This document shows positions 50,603 to 60,552 of a DNA stretch of 64,000 nt, in pieces (positions within the stretch are counted from its first letter, which is position 1; every line of letters begins with the position of its first letter). This DNA comes from an uncultured Alphaproteobacteria bacterium. Its GTDB lineage: Bacteria; Pseudomonadota; Alphaproteobacteria; Sphingomonadales; Sphingomonadaceae. The translations under genes and the position numbers were made by a program. The stretch lies in the NCBI GenBank assembly GCA_963798785.1, contig CAWCUG010000002.1, forward strand, positions 2,210-66,209, read 5' to 3'. Below the pieces are notes generated by a model, which worked only from the letters and a program-made list of their open reading frames with translations, was not told the origin of the DNA and did no database searches.

Positions 50603-53038
50603 CTATCTCGCGCGCATGCTCTCGCTGTAGCTTGCAAGGGCCGCATCGCTCGCCCGCGCTCGGCGGAGCTTGATGATGAAGTCCCAGCCCATCAGCAGTC
50701 CGCCAATGGAGAAGACGATGTCGCCGGGCATCCGCATCCACTGCCAGAAGAGATATTGGTCGTAGAATGCCTGGCTTCGTGCCCATGCGAACCCGTGCTC
50801 GTACACAGCGTCCAGCTGCGGCCAGCCGATCGGGAAGAAATGAAGGAATATCCACATCGCCAGCCCGATATTGTAGCACCAGAAGGCAATCCGGCCGGGC
50901 CGTTCGTCGAAGACCGCACCGGGCCCGGCGCGATAGCGTAGGCAGAAATAGATGAGGCCGAGCGCGAGCAGCCCGAACGCGCCGAAGAGCGATGTATGGG
51001 CGTGATTGAGGGTCAGGAACGTCCCGTGTTCATAATAATTGACCAGCGGAGCGTTCAGGGTGCCGCCGCCGAAGACGCCCGCGCCGACGAAATTCCAGAA
51101 GGCGGAGCCGAGGATATAGAGGTAGGCGAGGCCGTAATCGAAAGTCGCCGCGCCCTTGATCAGCCGGTGCTGGCTGATTGCCTCGAGAATCAGAAGCACG
51201 AGCGGCAGGACCTCGATGAACGAGAACATGCTGCCAAGCGGTACCCACATGCTCGGGCCGCCGCCCCAGTAGAGATGGTGGCCGGTGCCAAGGACGCCGC
51301 CGAGGAAGATCAGGATCAGTTCGAGATAGACTGATCGCTCCGCGAGCTTGCGAGATACCAGCCCGAGCGACATCAAAAGGTAAGCGCTCATCGCAACGGC
51401 GAAAAACTCGAACGATTGCTCGACCCACAGGTGGACGACCCACCAGCGCCAGAAGTCGCTTATCGTGAACGACTTCTCAATCCCGGTGAGGGGAATCATC
51501 CCGAATATGTAGAGGACCGCGACGTTGATCGTCGCTGCCCAGATCAGGTGCTCGAGGCGGATTCGGCCGCTCCAGAATTGCCGCGTCGCCTCTACGAGAG
51601 TGTCGCGGCTGGGCCAAAGCGCGCGAAACATCAGCCCGCTCCAGCTGAGCAGGGCCACGAAGAAGAGGATTTGCCAGAAGCGGCCGAGCTGGATGTACGA
51701 CAATCCCTGGTTGCCGAACCAGAACCAGCCTTTGTCGATCACGCCCTGGATTCCGAGATAGTTGCCGAGAAGCGCGGCGGCGACGACGAACAAGGAGACC
51801 CAGAACAACAGGTCGACGAGGAAGCCCTGGCCTTTTGCCTCTCGGCCGCCGGCAATTGCGGGCGCTATGAACAACCCGCTGGCGATCCAGCCGAGCCCGA
51901 TCCAGATGATGGGCGCCTGCAGGTGAAAGCTGCGCAGGAAATTGAACGGGAGGATGTAGTTCAGCTGTATCCCGTAGAAGTATTCCCGTTCGTAATAGGA
52001 ATGCGCCATGATCGCGCCAGCGCCCTGCGACGCGAGAAAAACCAGAGCGACGACGATGAAATATTTGCCGGTCTTTACCTGGCTTGGAGTTAGCGCCCGA
52101 TAGGTCGCGAGCCCGTGCTCCATTGGTTCGTCATCCGGGTGGTCGAGATAGGCGCGGTACAGCCACAGCACGAAACCCATCGCGAAGAAGGTGAAGCAGA
52201 AGCTGATCCACGTCCAATGGAAGGTGTTCGTCGTCGGCGTGTTGCCGACCGAGGGCTCGAACGGCCAGTTTTCCGTCCACGAGGTGTTCGGGTGGTCCGG
52301 CCGCCGGGCAACGGTAGTGATTGCGGAATAAATGATGAAGTCGGCGGTCTTGGTACGAAGGTCCGCATCGAGGCTCTTCGCCGGAACCCAGCCTGCGGAG
52401 AGGTTGGGCGTGTTTAGCTTGGTGGTCAGTTCTGCTTGCGCGCCACGTATCGCCTGCGCGACTGCATCCGAGACTGTGACCCTTGGCTGCGTGAGGTCGA
52501 TCGACTGAAGCTGCTTCTGCATCGCCGCCGTCGTGGCGGCATCGGCGATTGCCTCGGCCGCGGAATCGGGGGCGGGCGTGGTTTGTTCGGGCGGCGTTCC
52601 GGCAGGTCCGGTGGTTGCAAGCGACTTGTTCGCGGGCGCCTTGGTGCCGGGAGGAGTGGAGGTATCGTTGGCGAGGCTCTGCTTGGTCAGGACCCCGAGG
52701 CGAACGAGCGTCGAAGCGGTGTAGTCCTCGCCGAAATAGGAGCCCATTCCGTAGATGCTGCCGTAGTCCATCAGGTCGGCTTTCTGGAAGCCGCCTTTGC
52801 CGGCGACGATGTCCTCGCCGCTCATCAGCACGGTGCCGCTCGGGTCGACGATGGCTTGGGGAACCGGCGGGGCCCGGTCGTAGGTGAGGACGGTTGCCCA
52901 ACCAAGCAGTGCGAAACAGACAATCGCGACGAACAGCAAAAGCCATTTGAGAATGTCGCTCACGCGATCGGTGGAAACTACCCGCTCCTGGTCCACTTTG
53001 CCCCCCTTCAAAACTGCCCCGTTGGAAGGTGAACCCAA
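50603..53038 (-). CDS. norB: Quinol-dependent nitric oxide reductase (qNor)
   Basis: GSIYGMGSYFG, RSFHLQ, WFGNQG.SYIQLG, WWVVHLWVE, GTGHH, IEVLPL, NHAH, WMRMPGD; long N-terminal periplasmic domain. Start codon uncertain. Confidence 0.9.
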   Translation of the reverse strand: MGSPSNGAVLKGGKVDQERVVSTDRVSDILKWLLLFVAIVCFALLGWATVLTYDRAPPVPQAIVDPSGTVLMSGEDIVAGKGGFQKADLMDYGSIYGMGSYFGEDYTASTLVRLGVLTKQSLANDTSTPPGTKAPANKSLATTGPAGTPPEQTTPAPDSAAEAIADAATTAAMQKQLQSIDLTQPRVTVSDAVAQAIRGAQAELTTKLNTPNLSAGWVPAKSLDADLRTKTADFIIYSAITTVARRPDHPNTSWTENWPFEPSVGNTPTTNTFHWTWISFCFTFFAMGFVLWLYRAYLDHPDDEPMEHGLATYRALTPSQVKTGKYFIVVALVFLASQGAGAIMAHSYYEREYFYGIQLNYILPFNFLRSFHLQAPIIWIGLGWIASGLFIAPAIAGGREAKGQGFLVDLLFWVSLFVVAAALLGNYLGIQGVIDKGWFWFGNQGLSYIQLGRFWQILFFVALLSWSGLMFRALWPSRDTLVEATRQFWSGRIRLEHLIWAATINVAVLYIFGMIPLTGIEKSFTISDFWRWWVVHLWVEQSFEFFAVAMSAYLLMSLGLVSRKLAERSVYLELILIFLGGVLGTGHHLYWGGGPSMWVPLGSMFSFIEVLPLVLLILEAISQHRLIKGAATFDYGLAYLYILGSAFWNFVGAGVFGGGTLNAPLVNYYEHGTFLTLNHAHTSLFGAFGLLALGLIYFCLRYRAGPGAVFDERPGRIAFWCYNIGLAMWIFLHFFPIGWPQLDAVYEHGFAWARSQAFYDQYLFWQWMRMPGDIVFSIGGLLMGWDFIIKLRRARASDAALASYSESMRAR

Positions 53039-53086
53039 GGCAATCGCCGGGTCAACCCCGAAGCCGCGACCTGACGACGAGTTGCC

Positions 53087-53108
53087 GTATCCAAATCAAC
53101 ATGGATAC
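53087..53108. promoter_or_regulatory. Perfect 7-N8-7 inverted repeat between divergent norB and TonB receptor
   Basis: GTATCCA-AATCAACA-TGGATAC; spacer contains an FNR-type half-site (ATCAA). Confidence 0.4.
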
Positions 53109-53138
53109 AGCTGGCGCTGCTGTCGTTACCTGCCCGTA

Positions 53139-55136
53139 ATGCCTGCAGTTCTTCCGCCGCCCGACCCGCCGCAAATCGTCGTCACCGGCAAGGCGCTGCC
53201 CGACCCGGCGGCGACCCGCGCCTATGACGTGGAAACCCTCGGCCGGGAGCAGCTGGTCGATGCTCCAGCGCACCAGCTCGACTCCATCCTTGCGCAGGTA
53301 CCGGGCCTGCAGCTGTTCCGCCGTTCGGATTCGACCAGCGGCCATCCGACCAGCCAGGGCGTGACGTTGCGGGCGCTCGGCGGCAACGCTTCCAGCCGCG
53401 CGCTCCTGGTGCTCGACGGCGTGCCGCAGTCGGATCCGTTCGGAGGTTGGGTGAATTGGCCCGCCTACGATCCCGCCGGGCTGGCGGAAGTGCGGGTCGT
53501 TCGCGGCGGCGGAAGCGTCGCCTATGGCGCCGGCGCGCTCGCCGGGGTCATCGAGATGAGCAGCTTTGCCGACCCCGGCATCAACGGCTCGCTGGAGGCG
53601 GGAAGCCGGGAATCGCTCCACGGCTATGGCTACGCGGGCGAGCAAATCGCCAGCGGGCTGCTGACCATCGACGCCCAGGCGGCGCGAAGCAGCGGCTTCG
53701 TTCCGCTGACGCGATCGACTCGCGGGCCGGTCGACCGTCCCTCGCCGTACCGGGAGGGAAGCCTGCGGGCGCGCTGGGTGATGCCGGTGGGCAGCGATGT
53801 CGAGCTACAGGCGAGCGGGCTCGGCTTCGTCGATTCCCGCAACCGCGGCGTCCCATTCACCGGCAATCGCACTCGCGGGGCCGACGCCTCGCTGCGCCTC
53901 GTCGGCAACGGCCGCTGGCAATGGTCAGCGACGGGATACGGGCAATGGCGCAATTTCAGGAGCAGCTTCGCAAGCGTCGACGACCAGCGCACTAACGCCG
54001 AGCGGGTCGCGTTGCAGGATTCGGTGCCCTCAACCGGTTTCGGCGGCAGCGTCGAAGTGCGCCCGCCGGTCGGTGGCGGGGTCGAGCTTCGCCTCGGCGG
54101 CGATGCGCGCTTCACCAGCGGCCATTCGCACGAACTCTATTTCTTCCAGGACGGCGAGCCGACCCGGCGGCGCCTGTCGGGGGGAAACAGCAGCACCGCG
54201 GGCGTTTTCGCCGAGGCGGCCTGGACTCGCGGCCCGCTGGTGCTGAGCGCCGGCGGCAGGCTCGACCACTGGAGCGTTTCGGACGGGCGGCTGGTCGAAT
54301 CGGAAATCTCGAGCGGAGCCTCGCTTCGTGACGATTCCTTTCCTGACCGGGACGGCTGGCGCCCGACCGCCCGGGCAGGGGCTGTCCTCGAGGTTGCAAG
54401 CGGCGTCAGCCTGCGTTCGGCCGCTTATCTCGGCTGGCGGCTGCCGACGCTGAACGAGCTGTTCCGCCCCTACCGGGCAGGACCGGATGCGACCGCCGCC
54501 AACGCCTTCCTCGACCCCGAGCGGCTGTCCGGGATCGAGGGCGGGATCCGCTATCGAAGCGGTGGGTTCGCCCTGGACTTCACCGCCTTCGCCAACCGCC
54601 TGTCCGACGCTATCGCCAATGTCACCCTCGCGCACGGCCCGGGGCTGTTCCCGGGCGTTGGCTTCGTCGCCGGCGATTATCGCCAGCGGCAGAACATCGG
54701 CGCCGTGAAGGTGCGCGGGATAGAAGCTTCGGCGGAGGGGCGCCGGGGACCGTGGCTGCTTCGGGCGGGCGCCAGCTACAGCCACGCGCGAGTGGAGGCG
54801 GGCGGCGCGGCCGCGGCCCTGGACGGCCTTCGGCCCGCGCAGACCCCGGCGCTGGTGATCACCGGCGAGGTCGGCTGGCAGCGAGGAGGACGAACGCTAT
54901 CGCTTTTGGTCCGTCATTCCGGAGCGCAGTTCGAAGACGATCTCAACCGCCGGAGACTACCGCCGGCAACAACTCTCGACGTCTTTGCCGGCTGGCCGCT
55001 GACCGAACGGCTGCAGCTGATCGGGCGGATTCAAAACGCGTTCGACGAGACGGTGATTGCCGGCGCCGACACCGACGCCACGCTGGAACGGGCAACTCCG
55101 CGGACGCTGTGGATTGGTGTCAGGCTCGGCCTGTGA
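53139..55136 (+). CDS. TonB-dependent receptor
   Basis: PQIVVTG, LRALGGNASSRALLVLDGVP, VRGGGSVAYG, PTLNELFRP, terminal PRTLWIGVRLGL; 5' end unclear. Confidence 0.9.
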   Translation: MPAVLPPPDPPQIVVTGKALPDPAATRAYDVETLGREQLVDAPAHQLDSILAQVPGLQLFRRSDSTSGHPTSQGVTLRALGGNASSRALLVLDGVPQSDPFGGWVNWPAYDPAGLAEVRVVRGGGSVAYGAGALAGVIEMSSFADPGINGSLEAGSRESLHGYGYAGEQIASGLLTIDAQAARSSGFVPLTRSTRGPVDRPSPYREGSLRARWVMPVGSDVELQASGLGFVDSRNRGVPFTGNRTRGADASLRLVGNGRWQWSATGYGQWRNFRSSFASVDDQRTNAERVALQDSVPSTGFGGSVEVRPPVGGGVELRLGGDARFTSGHSHELYFFQDGEPTRRRLSGGNSSTAGVFAEAAWTRGPLVLSAGGRLDHWSVSDGRLVESEISSGASLRDDSFPDRDGWRPTARAGAVLEVASGVSLRSAAYLGWRLPTLNELFRPYRAGPDATAANAFLDPERLSGIEGGIRYRSGGFALDFTAFANRLSDAIANVTLAHGPGLFPGVGFVAGDYRQRQNIGAVKVRGIEASAEGRRGPWLLRAGASYSHARVEAGGAAAALDGLRPAQTPALVITGEVGWQRGGRTLSLLVRHSGAQFEDDLNRRRLPPATTLDVFAGWPLTERLQLIGRIQNAFDETVIAGADTDATLERATPRTLWIGVRLGL

Positions 55137-55169
55137 TCCAGCTTTCCTCATAACCTCAATCAACAGTGT

Positions 55170-55193
55170 GAACTGCACTCGGAACGCCACGTT
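55170..55193 (+). promoter_or_regulatory. Candidate EcfG promoter
   Basis: GAAC-N17-GTT (TGAAC-N16-CGTT) about 55 nt upstream of the KGG gene. Confidence 0.5.
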
Positions 55194-55246
55194 CTCCTTG
55201 CGCCGCCATTGTTGTTCACGGCGGATCGAGAACGGAGGGAGTAGAA

Positions 55247-55399
55247 ATGGCAACAACCGAAACCGGCAGGGCAAAGCGCGGCTTTGCTGCGATGAGCCCG
55301 GAAAAGCAGCGCGAGATCGCTGCCAAGGGCGGACGCGCCAGCCATGGCGGCGGTCGTCGGCCGAATAGTGCGAGAGCGACGGCCCGAACAGGTCGGTAA
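55247..55399 (+). CDS. KGG-motif stress-induced small protein (50 aa; GsiB/YciG/Con-10-like)
   Basis: Read directly: MATTETGRAKRGFAAMSPEKQREIAAKGGRASHGGGRR...; GGAGGGAG RBS; below the ORF track length cutoff. Confidence 0.88.
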   Translation: MATTETGRAKRGFAAMSPEKQREIAAKGGRASHGGGRRPNSARATARTGR

Positions 55400-55448
55400 C
55401 CACACGTAACGAAGCAACTGCCGCCCGCAACCCGCGTTGACGGGCGGC

Positions 55449-56198
55449 ATGTACCGTTCCAGCCTCAACACCCGCGACAAGAGCGGAGCGATCGCCGCCG
55501 TGGTGGCGATTCACGTCGCGCTGCTGTTCGCGCTGCTCCACCTGTCGGGGAAAATGGACCTGGCGAAGCCGGAGAGCGTGCTTCGCGTGTTCGACGTCAC
55601 CCAGTCGGTGCCGCCGCCAGAGCAGCCGCTCGAGCAGCCGAGGCCGGAGCAAAAGCCCAAGCCGAAGGAAAGCAGCGGCGTTGCCAGTCCGAAGAATATT
55701 CGAAGCACTGCAACCGAAGTCGCCGCGCCGCGGCCGGAAATCTCGCTTCCGGTTCCGGTGCCGATGGAAACTTCGACCACAGCCAACGAGGGGACCCAGG
55801 CGACGCAGGGCGCTGCCGACGTCGCCGGGCCGGGCACCGGTGCGGGCGGCACCGGCACTGGCACGGGCAGCGGCGGCTCCGGAGCCGGGACCGGCAGTGG
55901 CGGGGGCGGCGGCTATGTCGTTCCCCCGCGCCTTCTCACGCCGGTCCTTCGCGGCCGCGACTTTCCGCAGCAGCTTCTTCGCCGCTGGCCGCGGGGCGCT
56001 CAGCTATTCCTGCGCATCCGCGTCAGCCCCGCCGGCTCCGTCAGCGACTGCATCGTCGACCGCGGAACCGGCGTCGAGGCGATCGATTCCGCCGTTTGTG
56101 CACTGGTGAAGCAGCGATTCCGCTATAGCCCGGCGCGCAATCGATCGGGCGAAGCGGTTGCCGGATGGGCCGGATATCGGCAAGTGCCTCCGCGTTAG
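55449..56198 (+). CDS. Energy transducer TonB family protein
   Basis: Single TM with His (AIHVALL), Pro-rich and Gly-rich linkers, TonB C-terminal domain (RFRYSPARN). Confidence 0.85.
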   Translation: MYRSSLNTRDKSGAIAAVVAIHVALLFALLHLSGKMDLAKPESVLRVFDVTQSVPPPEQPLEQPRPEQKPKPKESSGVASPKNIRSTATEVAAPRPEISLPVPVPMETSTTANEGTQATQGAADVAGPGTGAGGTGTGTGSGGSGAGTGSGGGGGYVVPPRLLTPVLRGRDFPQQLLRRWPRGAQLFLRIRVSPAGSVSDCIVDRGTGVEAIDSAVCALVKQRFRYSPARNRSGEAVAGWAGYRQVPPR

Positions 56199-56215
56199 TG
56201 AACCGGGAGCAGCAA

Positions 56216-56902
56216 ATGATCGAAGCCGAATGGTGGGACTATGAAACGCCCGAGGAGATGGCGGACGCGGTTGCCGGCGATATCGGCTTCATCATCGACA
56301 GCGCACTCGATGCCCGCGGCTCGGCGCTGGTCGCACTTGCCGCCGACGAAACTGCGCAGGCGATATTTCCCGCTGTCGCCGATGCCGACCGGCAATGGCG
56401 GCAGGTGATGGTGATCCCCACCGACGACCTGATCGTCGCGGTCGACGACGAGCGAAGCCATGCCCGCGCGCTTGCCCAGGCGTTCCTTCCCAAGGGCGCC
56501 CGGGTCGTTCCGATCGTCACTCCGCTCGACGATTACCGGCTCGCCGGCAATTCCGCCGATGCGCGGCTCCAGGACCTGCCGTGGCCGCCCGACCTCGTCT
56601 GGCTGAGCGTCGGCGACGACGGAAGCGCCGCCGGGAATCGCTGCGGGCCCGACCTCCAGGACGCGCTCGATGCGCCCAAGGCCCGGCGCGCGGTCGGGGT
56701 GAAGCCCGACGAAGGCGAGCCGCGGGTGACACTGACCCGCTCGTCGATCCTGTCGGCGCGGACCTCCTCATCACGCTGCGAGGGTGAAGAGAACAAGGAC
56801 ATGGTCGAGCAGGCGATCGCCGACGGCCACAGCTCGAAGCTGCCGATCGGCCGGGTGCTCGCCGAAGCCGAGCAGCCGATCGACATCCACTGGTGCCCGT
56901 AA
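56216..56902 (+). CDS. 6-phosphogluconolactonase-like protein with degenerate active site
   Basis: Overall pattern matches sphingomonad Pgl (MIEAEWWDY...DARLQDLPWPPDLVWL...RVTLT...IDIHWCP), but the GGxTP, D(D/E)R and DGHTAS motifs are altered. Confidence 0.78.
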   Translation: MIEAEWWDYETPEEMADAVAGDIGFIIDSALDARGSALVALAADETAQAIFPAVADADRQWRQVMVIPTDDLIVAVDDERSHARALAQAFLPKGARVVPIVTPLDDYRLAGNSADARLQDLPWPPDLVWLSVGDDGSAAGNRCGPDLQDALDAPKARRAVGVKPDEGEPRVTLTRSSILSARTSSSRCEGEENKDMVEQAIADGHSSKLPIGRVLAEAEQPIDIHWCP

Positions 56903-56903
56903 G

Positions 56904-58568
56904 CTATATCTCGTCGAGCTTCCGGCCCTCGCGTTTCGGGAAGGAACAGCAGCGAGACGACCACCGAAATGCCGGTGAAGACGGTCGCGTACCAAAGCCC
57001 CGAATAGATATCGCCGGTCGCCGCGACGATGGCGACGCTGACGGCGGGAAGGAAGCCGCCGACCCAGCCGATCCCGAAATGATAGGGGAAGGACATCGCC
57101 GTGTAGCGAACGCGGGTCGGGAACATCTCGACCAGCGCCGCGGCCTGCGGCCCGTAGAGCGCGGTGGCGCCGACGACGAACAGCAGCAGGATGGCGATCA
57201 GCACCGGCAAGTTCATCTGCGCCGGGTCGGCGCTGGCCGGATAGCCGCCCGCCTGAAGCGCCGCGCCAATGCTCTCGCCGCTGGACGTCTTGAGCTCCTT
57301 GAGGCTGGCGCCGGAAAGCCCCTGGCCGCCGCTAACCGGAACCGCGTGCGCCGCCGACCAGCACCCGAGTCTGCGCGTCCGGCGACGTGCGGGTGCTGTA
57401 GGAAATGCCGCGGCTGATGAGCGCGCTCTTGGCGATGTCGCAGGCGCTGGTGAACTTGGCGGTTCCGACCGGGTCGAATTGCGCCGAGCAGCTCGCCGGG
57501 TCGGTCTCGACCACGACCGGCGTCGTCTGCTGCGCGTGCACGAGCGCCGGGTTCACCGCCTTGGCGATCCAGTGCGAGCCGGGGAAATAGAGGATGCAGC
57601 GCAAGCGCCATCCCGCCGACGATGATCGGCTTTCGCCCGATGCGGTCCGACCACCAGCCGAAGAAGACGTAGAGCGGCGCACTGACGACCGTCATCAGGA
57701 CGAGCAGCAGGTCCTTCATCGACGCCGGCATGCCGAGCGACTTTTCGAGGAAGACCTGCATGTAGAAGAAGGTGAAGTACCAGACCGCGCCTTGGGCGAG
57801 CATGATCCCGAAAAAGGCGATGAGCACGCGCTTGAGGTTTTCGCCTTCGGCAAAAGCCTCGCGGAGCGGCGCCTTGGTGACGTTTCCTTCCGCGACCAGC
57901 CTGGAAAATTCCGGGCTCTCGGTAAGCTTGAGCCGCATCCACAGCGACACCCCCAGAAGCAGGACGGAAACGAGGAAGGGAATTCGCCAGCCCCAGTCGC
58001 CGAACGCGGCTTCGCCCATCCAGGTGCGCGAGACGAAGATGATCAGCATCGCCGCGAGCAGGCCGAACGAAGCCGTCGACTGGATCCACCCGGTCGCGGT
58101 GCCGCGGTTGTCGTCGGCGGAATGCTCGGCGACATAAATTGCCGCTCCGCCATATTCGCCGCCAAGCGCGATTCCCTGGAGGATCCGAAGGAGGATGAGG
58201 AGCGCCGGGGCAAGCACTCCCACCTGGCCGTAGGTCGGCAGCAGCCCGATGAGGAAGGTCGCTCCGCCCATCAGGCTGACGGTGACCAGGAACGCGCCCT
58301 TGCGGCCCATGCGGTCGCCGACGATCCCGAAGATGAGCGCTCCGAGCGGGCGGAAGGCAAAGCCTGCAGCGAACAGGCCGAGCGCCGCGATCAGCGCAGG
58401 GGTCGGGTCAAGCGCGGAAAAGAACACCTTGCCAATGACTGGCGCCAGCGAACCGAAGATGAAGAAGTCGTACCATTCGAACGCCGTGCCGGTCGACGAG
58501 GCGATGACCACCCGCGTCATCGACCATCGCTCGTGGTGCCGGGCTTCCGCTGCTGTCGCCATCATCAT
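56904..58568 (-). CDS. MHS-family MFS transporter (acetate/short-chain acid permease-like); frameshifts at about 57598, 57348 and 56927
   Basis: SSTGTAFEWYDF, FAFRPLGA, GDRMGRK, GGEYGGA, SDRIGRK, EMFPTRVRYTAMS, LPET; three frames join into one 12-TM protein ending RGRKLDEI*. Confidence 0.85.
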
Positions 58569-58628
58569 TCCCCCTGCCGTTGAAGCAGGGATAGCGGGCG
58601 GATTCCCCTCCCCGCAAGGGAGTTGGAG

Positions 58629-60548
58629 CTACTGCCGGCCGGCAAGGAGCGCGTCGACGACCGACGGGTCGGCAAGCGTCGACGTGTCGCCGAAGCCGTC
58701 TTCGGCGCCTTCCGCGATCTTGCGGAGGATTCGGCGCATGATCTTGCCGGAGCGGGTCTTGGGAAGGGCGGGGGTGAAGTGGATTTTCTCCGGCGCGGCC
58801 AAAGCGCCGATGTCCTTGCGGACTTCCTGCTTCAGTCCCGATCGCAGTTCGTCACTGCCTTGCTCGCCGCTGTTGAGCGTAACGAAGGCGTAGATCGCCT
58901 GGCCCTTGATGTCGTGCGGGTAAGCAACGACCGCGGCTTCCGCGACTTTCGGATGGGCGACCAGCGAGCTTTCGACTTCCGCAGTGCCGATTCGGTGCCC
59001 GGAGACGTTGATCACGTCGTCGACGCGGCCGGTGATCCAGTAATAGCCGTCGTCGTCGCGGCGGCAGCCGTCGCCGGTGAAATAAAGGCCGGGATATGTG
59101 CTGAAATAGGTCTGGAAGAAGCGCTGGTGATCGCCCCAGACGGTCCGCATCTGGCCGGGCCAGGAGGTGGCGAGGCACAAATTGCCACTGGCCGCACCGT
59201 CCAGCACCTTGTGGTTTGGGTCGAGTAGCAGCGGTTCGATTCCGGGCAGCGGATGACTTGCCGATCCCGGCTTCATCGGAGTCGCACCGGGGAATGGCGA
59301 GATGAGGATTCCGCCGGTTTCGGTCTGCCACCAGGTGTCGACGACCGGGCAGCGCTCGTCGCCGACGACGCGCCAGTACCATTCCCAGGCTTCCGGGTTG
59401 ATCGGCTCGCCAACGGTTCCCAGCAGGCGAAGCGACTTGCGGCTGTGCGCCTTCACCGGCGCCTCGCCTTCGCGCATCAGCGCGCGGATCGCGGTCGGCG
59501 CGGTGTAGAAGATGGTGACGCCAAGCCGGTCGACGGTTTCCCAGAAGCGGCCGAAGTCGGGGTAGTTCGGCACGCCGTCGAACATGACGCTGGTCGCGCC
59601 GCAAGCGAGCGGGCCGTAAACGACGTAGCTATGGCCGGTGATCCAGCCGATATCGGCGGTGCACCAGAAGATGTCGTCGCGGCGGTAATCGAAAATCCAC
59701 TCGAACGTCGTTGCGGCCCAGACGGCATAGCCGCCGGTGGTGTGGACGACGCCCTTGGGCTTTCCGGTCGAGCCGGAGGTGTAGAGGATGAACAGCGGGT
59801 CCTCGGCGTCCATCGGTTCGGGGTCGCAGTCGGTGGCGAGGGTGTCGCGCACCTTCGAATAGGAGATGTCGCGGCCGTCCTTCATCTCAACGTCGGCACC
59901 GGTGCGGGTGACGACGATGACGGTGGCGACGTCGCGCTGCTTTAGCGCCTCGTCGACATTGGCCTTGAGAGGGATGTGCTTGCCGCCGCGAACCCCTTCG
60001 TCGGCGGTGATGACGCAGCAGGCGTCGCAATCGACGATCCGGCCGTGCAGGCTCTCGGGCGAGAAACCGCCGAACACGACCGAGTGGATTGCGCCGATAC
60101 GGGCGCAGGCGAGCATCGCCGCCGCCGCTTCCGGGATCATCGGCATGTAGATCATCACGCGGTCGCCGCGCCCGATCCCGCGCGACTTCATCAGGTTCGC
60201 GAAGCGGCAGGTCTCTTCGTAGAGCTCGCGGTAGGACACCCGGCGCCCCTCGCCCGGCTCGTCGGCTTCGAAGATGACGGCAGTCCGGTCGCCATCCACT
60301 TCGAGGTGGCGGTCGAGGCAATTGACGGACAGGTTGAGCTTGCCGTCGGCGTACCAGTCGATGTGGAAATCGCGCTCGTCGAACGACCAGTCCCCAGCTC
60401 GGTTCGGCGATTTGATCCAGTCGAGCCGCTTCGCCTGTTCGAGCCAGAAGGAGTCGGGGTCGCGCTTTACGTGTTCGCGAAGGCAGTCCAGCTCGGCTGG
60501 GCCGATCTTGGCGTTGAAGCCTTCGGGAACGGGGTGGACGGTCGCCAT
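58629..60548 (-). CDS. acs: Acetyl-CoA synthetase
   Basis: [49 protein letters not shown]. Confidence 0.97.
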   Translation of the reverse strand: MATVHPVPEGFNAKIGPAELDCLREHVKRDPDSFWLEQAKRLDWIKSPNRAGDWSFDERDFHIDWYADGKLNLSVNCLDRHLEVDGDRTAVIFEADEPGEGRRVSYRELYEETCRFANLMKSRGIGRGDRVMIYMPMIPEAAAAMLACARIGAIHSVVFGGFSPESLHGRIVDCDACCVITADEGVRGGKHIPLKANVDEALKQRDVATVIVVTRTGADVEMKDGRDISYSKVRDTLATDCDPEPMDAEDPLFILYTSGSTGKPKGVVHTTGGYAVWAATTFEWIFDYRRDDIFWCTADIGWITGHSYVVYGPLACGATSVMFDGVPNYPDFGRFWETVDRLGVTIFYTAPTAIRALMREGEAPVKAHSRKSLRLLGTVGEPINPEAWEWYWRVVGDERCPVVDTWWQTETGGILISPFPGATPMKPGSASHPLPGIEPLLLDPNHKVLDGAASGNLCLATSWPGQMRTVWGDHQRFFQTYFSTYPGLYFTGDGCRRDDDGYYWITGRVDDVINVSGHRIGTAEVESSLVAHPKVAEAAVVAYPHDIKGQAIYAFVTLNSGEQGSDELRSGLKQEVRKDIGALAAPEKIHFTPALPKTRSGKIMRRILRKIAEGAEDGFGDTSTLADPSVVDALLAGRQ

Positions 60549-60552
60549 TCGC

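Noticed and set aside
41789-53038. Integrative island at tRNA-Ser
   Set aside because: No integrase or transposase, and no duplicated tRNA 3' end (attR) found by eye in the window; accessory character is noted, but mobility is unsupported.
50603-53038. NO dismutase (Nod) or cytochrome c oxidase identity
   Set aside because: Retains GTGHH, both catalytic Glu residues and the quinol-site His/Asp typical of qNor; lacks Nod-type substitutions and the oxidase HPxVY motif.
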